Part shown: piece by piece, positions 58,281 through 64,000 of the stretch
How the letters are laid out: each line of letters opens with the position of its first letter
Position numbering within the stretch: the first letter of the stretch is position 1
Source: an uncultured archaeon
GTDB taxonomy: Archaea; Asgardarchaeota; Thorarchaeia; Thorarchaeales; Thorarchaeaceae
Assembly: GCA_964473825.1 (NCBI GenBank)
Contig: CAYYQL010000011.1
Span: forward strand, 1 to 64,000
DNA: 64,000 nucleotides
Reading direction: 5' to 3'
Program-made: the position numbers and the translations under genes
Notes under the pieces: model-generated
What the model was told of the DNA's origin: nothing
The model's input: only the letters and a program-made list of their open reading frames with translations
Databases searched by the model: none

Positions 58281-58727
58281 CTATATCTTCTTCAGGGCAG
58301 CCTCAACCATCTTGGTGAGACGTTCTTCGGGGATATCGGTCTTGTTTGAGACCTTTTCAATATCACAATATGCCAGGTCTTCTAGACTCTTGATGTCCGC
58401 TTCAACGAGAGCTACGGCATCGGACTCTTTCATTGAGGGTAGTGATGAGAGTTCCTTAACAGCCTCTTCGTTGTCCTCGGATGGAGTCATTGCCTCGATG
58501 AGCTCATCAGCGACGGTCTTGAGATCCTCCTCGTACTCCTTCAGTGCTTCAACATTCTCAGGGTAAGCAGTTCTTCGTCTCAAATCTACCATGAGACCCA
58601 TGTCTCTAGCCTCTTTCACTGTGAGGTTTGCGTCTTCGATCTCTTTGCTGCTGAAACCACGCCCCCGTCTGGGCTTTCCTTCTCCGGGGGATCTTACAAT
58701 CGGCTCAGCGATAATGTCATAATCCAT
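58281..58727 (-). CDS. rpl13e: 50S ribosomal protein L13e fused to C-terminal HhH domain
   Basis: RGRGFSSKEI...VDLRRRTAYPENVEAL; LSSLPSM...LVEADIKSLEDLA. Confidence 0.88.
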   Translation of the reverse strand: MDYDIIAEPIVRSPGEGKPRRGRGFSSKEIEDANLTVKEARDMGLMVDLRRRTAYPENVEALKEYEEDLKTVADELIEAMTPSEDNEEAVKELSSLPSMKESDAVALVEADIKSLEDLAYCDIEKVSNKTDIPEERLTKMVEAALKKI

Positions 58728-58870
58728 CTGACCATCACCTGACTCGGCTCCCGACCTCTCGGTGTGCTTATCAAGCTTTCGAGATAGCAGTAGTCAGAAG
58801 TTAGGACCTAATGCAATTCCTTCATTAGAAACGTGTTTGAAGTTTAACCGTCAATCTAGACAAGAAACAC

Positions 58871-59713
58871 TCAGAAGTCCTCAAGGGATGTCTGCATTAT
58901 ACGCTTCTTGGCTAGCATGCTCTCCAGCTTCATTTCTTGCTTCGCATTAATACGCCCCAGCAGAGAGAGCATCTGAAGTGCGTTCAGAGGAGCATTGCCG
59001 TGGAAATGATTGTTGAAATAGCCGACGACGCTCTCGGCCTGGTTCTCAAGCGCACGCACGCGAGGAACCCATTCTTCTAGTTCAGTGGTTTTGTAGAGAT
59101 AGCGGTACCAGGGCTTTTCTCCGTGACCATGCCATCGAACATAGGCAAAATCTGTCGTGATTCTCAGATCAATGGGTAGCTTCGGTTCATCCACAACTAC
59201 ATGGGCAACGCCATAGTCTTCAAGCAGGCGCCAGGTGGACTGCGTCAACCAACTGTGTTCCCGAAATTCGATTGCATAGCGGAAGTCAGTATCAAGAGCG
59301 GTGAAGAACGCCTCCAGATCCCCCATAGAAGACAGCTTCCAAGGAGGTAGCTGTATCAAAAGGACTGGGATCCTACCTTTCGCTGGTCGTATCAGTTCAT
59401 GGTACTTTGCAAGAACCTCACCACCCTCTCCGTCAAGGCGAAGCCGATTATCATGAGTCACCTTCCGCGGAAGCTTGGCTGTGAAGAATCTGCCCTCATC
59501 TACGGAATCTACCAAGTACTTGATGAACTTGGGCTGGGGTAAGGCATAGAAGGTGGAGTTGATCTCTGCAGTATCGAAATATGATAGGTATTGTTTAAGC
59601 AACGAGGAGGGTGACCGATAGAATATTCCCTTCCAATCATCACCATATGACCAGCCACTTGTGCCAATTGTCAGACCTTTCTTGATTCGAGTCACACCTA
59701 GAATAGGCAACAA
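58871..59713 (-). CDS. DUF72 family protein
   Basis: IGTSGWSY, EINSTFY, QLPP, EFREHSW, YVRWHG, YFNNH. Confidence 0.93.
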   Translation of the reverse strand: MLPILGVTRIKKGLTIGTSGWSYGDDWKGIFYRSPSSLLKQYLSYFDTAEINSTFYALPQPKFIKYLVDSVDEGRFFTAKLPRKVTHDNRLRLDGEGGEVLAKYHELIRPAKGRIPVLLIQLPPWKLSSMGDLEAFFTALDTDFRYAIEFREHSWLTQSTWRLLEDYGVAHVVVDEPKLPIDLRITTDFAYVRWHGHGEKPWYRYLYKTTELEEWVPRVRALENQAESVVGYFNNHFHGNAPLNALQMLSLLGRINAKQEMKLESMLAKKRIMQTSLEDF

Positions 59714-60021
59714 AGCTGTTTCACTCTTTTGGATTAGGAGTCCTTGATTGGCCTAGACAGATTTACGGTATACTCAGAGGGTCTTGTGGGTTCTGCTTCT
59801 GTCAGAAGGCCTCGTCAGAGTCTTTGGGAAGAATTTGTAGGAAACCATATGGCCATTCCTAATACTGAGTATCCATTTTCTTTTGACCTCATTCATCTTC
59901 TATAGGGTCTAAGCACGCCAGTCCAGGATAGTCCGAGTTGTTTCTCGCTTCGCACTGCCGCTCCCCTATGCATGATGAAACTCTTAAGGGCATGAAAGTG
60001 CAAAGGAAGTGTGATTGCACA

Positions 60022-60336
60022 ATGAAGGCTGAGAATATCAAGGCTGAGTTCTCCAATCTCGAGATACATCTCGGAGATTTCGGGAAGACCAAGTTCAAGA
60101 TGAAGTGCGATGTCGGCTATCAAGACTTGATGCTCACAATGGACGGCGGCAAGACTGTCGCACGAATGCATGCAAGGAATATCAACAATGTACACCTTGA
60201 GAAGAAGGCAATCCGAATCGCCGCAATAAACTTCGAGATACGAGAAGATAAAGATGAACCAAGTGTCGTCAGTGGTGCTGTGCGGCTTGAGCTGGGCAAT
60301 GACTCAGACAAATGGTACGAGGAACTCTGGGGTTAG
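60022..60336 (+). CDS. Hypothetical protein (beta-rich)
   Basis: Protein-like ORF; start uncertain (59992 or 60022). Confidence 0.72.
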   Translation: MKAENIKAEFSNLEIHLGDFGKTKFKMKCDVGYQDLMLTMDGGKTVARMHARNINNVHLEKKAIRIAAINFEIREDKDEPSVVSGAVRLELGNDSDKWYEELWG

Positions 60337-60408
60337 CAGAGAACCTGATTGGCAGGCTTAAAATACAAGATGTGATGGCATCCAATTGACCCAAAGGAGT
60401 AATGGCCG

Positions 60409-61716
60409 ATGCATGAAGAGATTCGATACATTGAGTTTCAGTTCGCAGATATTCTTGGAAGAATCAAGGGCATGATTGTTCCATGTGAAGGATTTACGAC
60501 TGTTGCTGATCTCCAAAAGAGCCCCGCAGTTCTGGCCGGAACAAGCATTGATGGAAGTTCGATAACGGGTATGGCCAGTGTAGAGTCTTCGGACCTGAGA
60601 TTGGTAGCTGACCCGGATTCCATTGTTGAGTTGCCCTACTCAATGCAACGCACCGCAGCCGTGATGTGTTCGGTTCAGAAGAAGATGGAGACCGCAGACT
60701 CCGAGTCGTTCCATCCCAAGGATGCACGCAGTGTGTTGGATCGTGTTACTGAAAGACTCCTGCAGGGAGATATGCAGATTCGTTTCAAAGTTGAACCAGA
60801 GTTCCACTTCATCACAGTAGAGGGGGAACCCTTTGACTGTGGGCAGTACGCGGACATATATCCACAGAACCCCAGTGCAGACGTTTTGCTCGAAATCGCA
60901 ACGGCCATTCAGGAAATGGAAATGCCTGTCAGGGTTGTGCATCATGAAGTTGGCGCGGCACAGCTTGAGATTGAGATTTCGTATGAGGATGCATTGAGGG
61001 CAGCAGACAATATCCTCAGGTTCAAGAATCTTGCACGGGCCTTCACCCAAGCACAAGGTTTCGATGTTACATTCATGCCCAAACCCTTCGCGGGGTCGGC
61101 CGGAAACGGAATGCATTGTCATACCCAGCTTTGGAAAGGTGACAAGAATCTGTTCGGAGCACCGAAGGAAGGGGAACTGTCTGACCAGGCGAGGTCCTTT
61201 GTGGCCGGACTGCTGAATCACGCCCCTGCAATCACTGCCATAGCCAATCCCACGGTGAACTCATACAAGAGGCTCGTACCTCATCACGAGGCGCCGGTCT
61301 ATATCTGTTGGGGACCAAAGAACAGAACCGCATTGATCCGTGTACCTCTGTTTACATCTCCCAGCAGTGCAGCCATCGAATTCCGCTCGCCCGATCCAAT
61401 GACCAATCCCTACCTGCTCTTCTCGGCAATCATTGCAGCAGGAATGGACGGTATGGACCAGAAGCTCGACCCATCCGAAGGGGTGACTGAAGATGTCTTT
61501 GCAATGACTGACAAAGAGCGAAGGAAGAAGGGCATAGGTCTTCTGCCCCCCACGCTGAGTGATGCCCTAGATGAGCTAGACCGTGACGATGTCTTGCGAG
61601 ATGCACTTGGAGATGAGCTGATAGAGGACTACCTGGCCATTAAACGGCAAGAGTGGGAAGCCTATATCAGTCATGCAGTCACAGATTGGGAATGGCTCCA
61701 GTATTCGAGAAACTAG
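60409..61716 (+). CDS. glnA: Glutamine synthetase type I family
   Basis: DGSSI, EPEF, HHEV, FMPKP...GNGMH, NSYKRL, NRTALIR, EFRSPD..NPYL. Confidence 0.93.
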   Translation: MHEEIRYIEFQFADILGRIKGMIVPCEGFTTVADLQKSPAVLAGTSIDGSSITGMASVESSDLRLVADPDSIVELPYSMQRTAAVMCSVQKKMETADSESFHPKDARSVLDRVTERLLQGDMQIRFKVEPEFHFITVEGEPFDCGQYADIYPQNPSADVLLEIATAIQEMEMPVRVVHHEVGAAQLEIEISYEDALRAADNILRFKNLARAFTQAQGFDVTFMPKPFAGSAGNGMHCHTQLWKGDKNLFGAPKEGELSDQARSFVAGLLNHAPAITAIANPTVNSYKRLVPHHEAPVYICWGPKNRTALIRVPLFTSPSSAAIEFRSPDPMTNPYLLFSAIIAAGMDGMDQKLDPSEGVTEDVFAMTDKERRKKGIGLLPPTLSDALDELDRDDVLRDALGDELIEDYLAIKRQEWEAYISHAVTDWEWLQYSRN

Positions 61717-61879
61717 TAGTTCTGCTCTAAATCTCATTTCCCTGTGGCTTCCTGTCTCCTTTGCTACTCTCTCTTCTAGGAATTCTAAATCCACTTGAGA
61801 AAGCCATCTGATTCGGTAACTCCATTCAGACTCAAAATTAATATCCTCAGGCATGATAGAATGTAATGGGTCCCCATCC

Positions 61880-62659
61880 ATGAAAGAAGAGTGTAAAGCC
61901 AGGGCTCTGGGCTCACCTGATGCAGAAGTGGTCCAGACCAAGGAAGTAAAGACAGAGAAGCCCCTCCTAGTATGCTGTTTTCCGAGTGCAGGAGTGGTTG
62001 GCACCATTGCCGCCAATACGATGATTGAGCAGTTCGAGATGGAAGAGATTGCTCATGTTCGTTCGAAGTATATGCCATCGGCAGCAGTCTTCCTTGACGG
62101 GCTCCTTCGACATCCCTTCAGGATACATGCAAAGCCTGAACGCAATCTCATTGTCGTAACAACAGAGCTGCCCATTGCAGAACAAGGAATGTATGCGGTC
62201 AGCTCTGCGCTATTGGACTGGGCAGCAGAGATTGGAGTGAGAGAAACAGTCATTCTTGACGGCATCCCCGTTCAGGGTATACCTAGCGATAGGAAAGTAC
62301 TCTATGCTGCAGAGAAGGAGAAGCTGGCGGACCTAGAGAGTGATGAAAGCATGGAGCTACTGAAGAAAGGGATAATAACCGGGATTGCAGGATCCATCCT
62401 CTCCGAAACGCTCTGCCGTGAGATGGTGGGTTTCGCCCTCTTGACTCCTGCAATTGCAGTAATCCCGGATCCCGACGGCGCAGTTCAGTTGCTCAATGCA
62501 TTGAATCGGCTCTACGATGTTGGAGTAGATGTCTCAGACCTCGAAGAGAGCGGCGACCAGATACGCAAGAAGATGGAAGAGATGGCACAGCAGGTGGATG
62601 GCATGCGTAGAAACCAACCTGAAGTTCAACACACAGGTTATGAACGCCTATATGCTTAG
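61880..62659 (+). CDS. PAC2 family proteasome assembly chaperone
   Basis: FPSAGVVGTIAA, HPFRI, ITGIAG, PDPDGA, VDVSDL; C-terminus RLYA is HbYX-like. Confidence 0.9.
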   Translation: MKEECKARALGSPDAEVVQTKEVKTEKPLLVCCFPSAGVVGTIAANTMIEQFEMEEIAHVRSKYMPSAAVFLDGLLRHPFRIHAKPERNLIVVTTELPIAEQGMYAVSSALLDWAAEIGVRETVILDGIPVQGIPSDRKVLYAAEKEKLADLESDESMELLKKGIITGIAGSILSETLCREMVGFALLTPAIAVIPDPDGAVQLLNALNRLYDVGVDVSDLEESGDQIRKKMEEMAQQVDGMRRNQPEVQHTGYERLYA

Positions 62660-62723
62660 ACTCACGAGTTAGAGGTCGAAGGCAGGGTTTAGAGCAATAG
62701 GCTCGTGGTCAGTAGGCTAGCAC

Positions 62724-63281
62724 TCAGTCTGAGCAAGTCTCGTATGCTTCAGCTGCGCCTATAGCGTTCTTCTCCCCCGCCTTTCCGGGCCATTTCTCAC
62801 GGATGACATCTTGTACCGTTTCCAGTTTGACCAATCCGGTGGCCTTAGCGAATGCTCCCAGCATCGTAGTATTCACAACAGGAAGACCAGCGACCAAAAG
62901 ACCGTGCTTGAGTGCGATGCCGGTACCATCATAAGTGAAAACATGCCCCCTACCAAGATCTAACTCGCTTGCCTTGAGTCTTGTATTGATGATGATCTTT
63001 CCGCCTTCTACGAGGCCCTCGGTCACATCAATCAGTTCTATCAGACCTTGGTCCAGCACCGCGACAATATCTGGTGTGTATATCTGACTTCTGATGTTGA
63101 TAGGTTCATCAGAGATTCTTGTGAAGGCTTTGACCGGGGCGCCTCGCCGTTCTGCTCCGAAATAAGGAAACGCTGCGACTCCCTTGTAACCGTCCTTATA
63201 CGCAGCTTTCGCCAGAAGCTCTGCGCTTGTTACGCCACCTTGCCCGCCGCGACCGTGCCAGCGAATCTCAATCATAGGCAT
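62724..63281 (-). CDS. porG: 2-oxoacid:ferredoxin oxidoreductase gamma subunit
   Basis: EIRWHGRGGQG, FPYFGAERRGAPV, NTTMLGA. Confidence 0.93.
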   Translation of the reverse strand: MPMIEIRWHGRGGQGGVTSAELLAKAAYKDGYKGVAAFPYFGAERRGAPVKAFTRISDEPINIRSQIYTPDIVAVLDQGLIELIDVTEGLVEGGKIIINTRLKASELDLGRGHVFTYDGTGIALKHGLLVAGLPVVNTTMLGAFAKATGLVKLETVQDVIREKWPGKAGEKNAIGAAEAYETCSD

Positions 63282-63425
63282 ATCATATTGACTCCTTAGA
63301 GGTGACCAGTTAGGTCAACTAGGAGGGCTCATTGGTGCAACAAAACCTTTTCGTCTTAGGAACTGACGCACAGTGCGATAGCCTTATCCGAGGCGCGACC
63401 CAGCCGACCACATCCGACGAAATCT

Positions 63426-64000
63426 ATGGTGCAGACAGTGGATGAGAGATTACGTGCAAACAGAGATCTCTGGGGGGACCGCGTAGACGCACACAAAGAG
63501 TCCGAGTTTTATGATGTGGAGAGCTTTCTCAAGGGGAAACAGACACTTGAGCCAGTTGAGGTGGAAGAAATGGGAGATGTCAAGGGAAAGAGCCTCGTTC
63601 ATCTCATGTGTCACTTTGGTCTTGACACACTATCCCTAGCAAGACTCGGAGCCGATGTCACGGGAATCGATTTTTCCAAGAAGGCCATTGCCCTCGCCCG
63701 GCATATTGCAGAACAGATTGGAGTTTCTGCCAAGTTTGTCTGCGCTAATGTCTACGATGCTCCCGAGGCGCTCAACGAAACCTTCGATATAGTCTACACA
63801 GGGGGAGGGGTGCTCTGCTGGCTGCCAGACATCGAGAAGTGGGCTGAGGTCGTCGCCAGTCTGCTGAACCCTGGCGGAGTCTTCTACATTCGTGAGTTTC
63901 ATCCATTCTCTATGATCTTTGATGATGAGAGCGAAGGACTCTCGGTTCGGTATCCATACTTCCAAGGTGACACCGCCATCATGTTCCAGAGTGATCACTC
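63426..64000 (+). CDS. Class I SAM-dependent methyltransferase (truncated by window end; absent from the ORF track)
   Basis: Translation ANRDLW...FYDVESF...VKGKSLVHLMCHFGLDTLSLARLGADVTGIDFS...FDIVYTG.GVLCWLPD. Confidence 0.9.
   Translation, partial: MVQTVDERLRANRDLWGDRVDAHKESEFYDVESFLKGKQTLEPVEVEEMGDVKGKSLVHLMCHFGLDTLSLARLGADVTGIDFSKKAIALARHIAEQIGVSAKFVCANVYDAPEALNETFDIVYTGGGVLCWLPDIEKWAEVVASLLNPGGVFYIREFHPFSMIFDDESEGLSVRYPYFQGDTAIMFQSDH

Noticed and set aside
59770-59872. atactcag/ctgagtat stem enclosing taggaa/ttccta
   Set aside because: Pairing is modest and within chance expectation; cannot be supported without covariation
1-64000. CRISPR arrays, transposases, integrases, rRNA
   Set aside because: No regularly spaced repeats or corresponding protein or RNA motifs seen by eye

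Overview
Archaeal chromosomal window, very likely an Asgard archaeon (Thorarchaeia-like). The assignment rests on the archaeal CoA pathway (PoK, PPS), class I LysRS, S26e and L13e, a divergent EF-2, and many eukaryotic-signature-type proteins: four small GTPases, three roadblock domains, longin and uDENN-like domains, Bet3/V4R proteins and a TPR-PCI protein. It holds about 70 CDS and one tRNA-Gln(CTG). I saw no CRISPR array, rRNA or recognisable mobile element. The most striking locus is 51992-57105, an apparently duplicated three-part module of roadblock-winged-helix protein, Bet3/TRAPPC3-like protein and 4-TM membrane protein, plus a third V4R gene; this is a candidate membrane-anchored proto-TRAPP/Ragulator-like complex. 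Other highlights are a GTPase with a natural Q-to-L switch II change co-oriented with a TPR protein, a membrane-anchored gingipain-like protease and a roadblock gene, and several intergenic regions with extensive nested base-pairing (best: a ~190-nt rod with a possible pseudoknot at 28498-28705). All family assignments are by eye from motifs; no database search was run.
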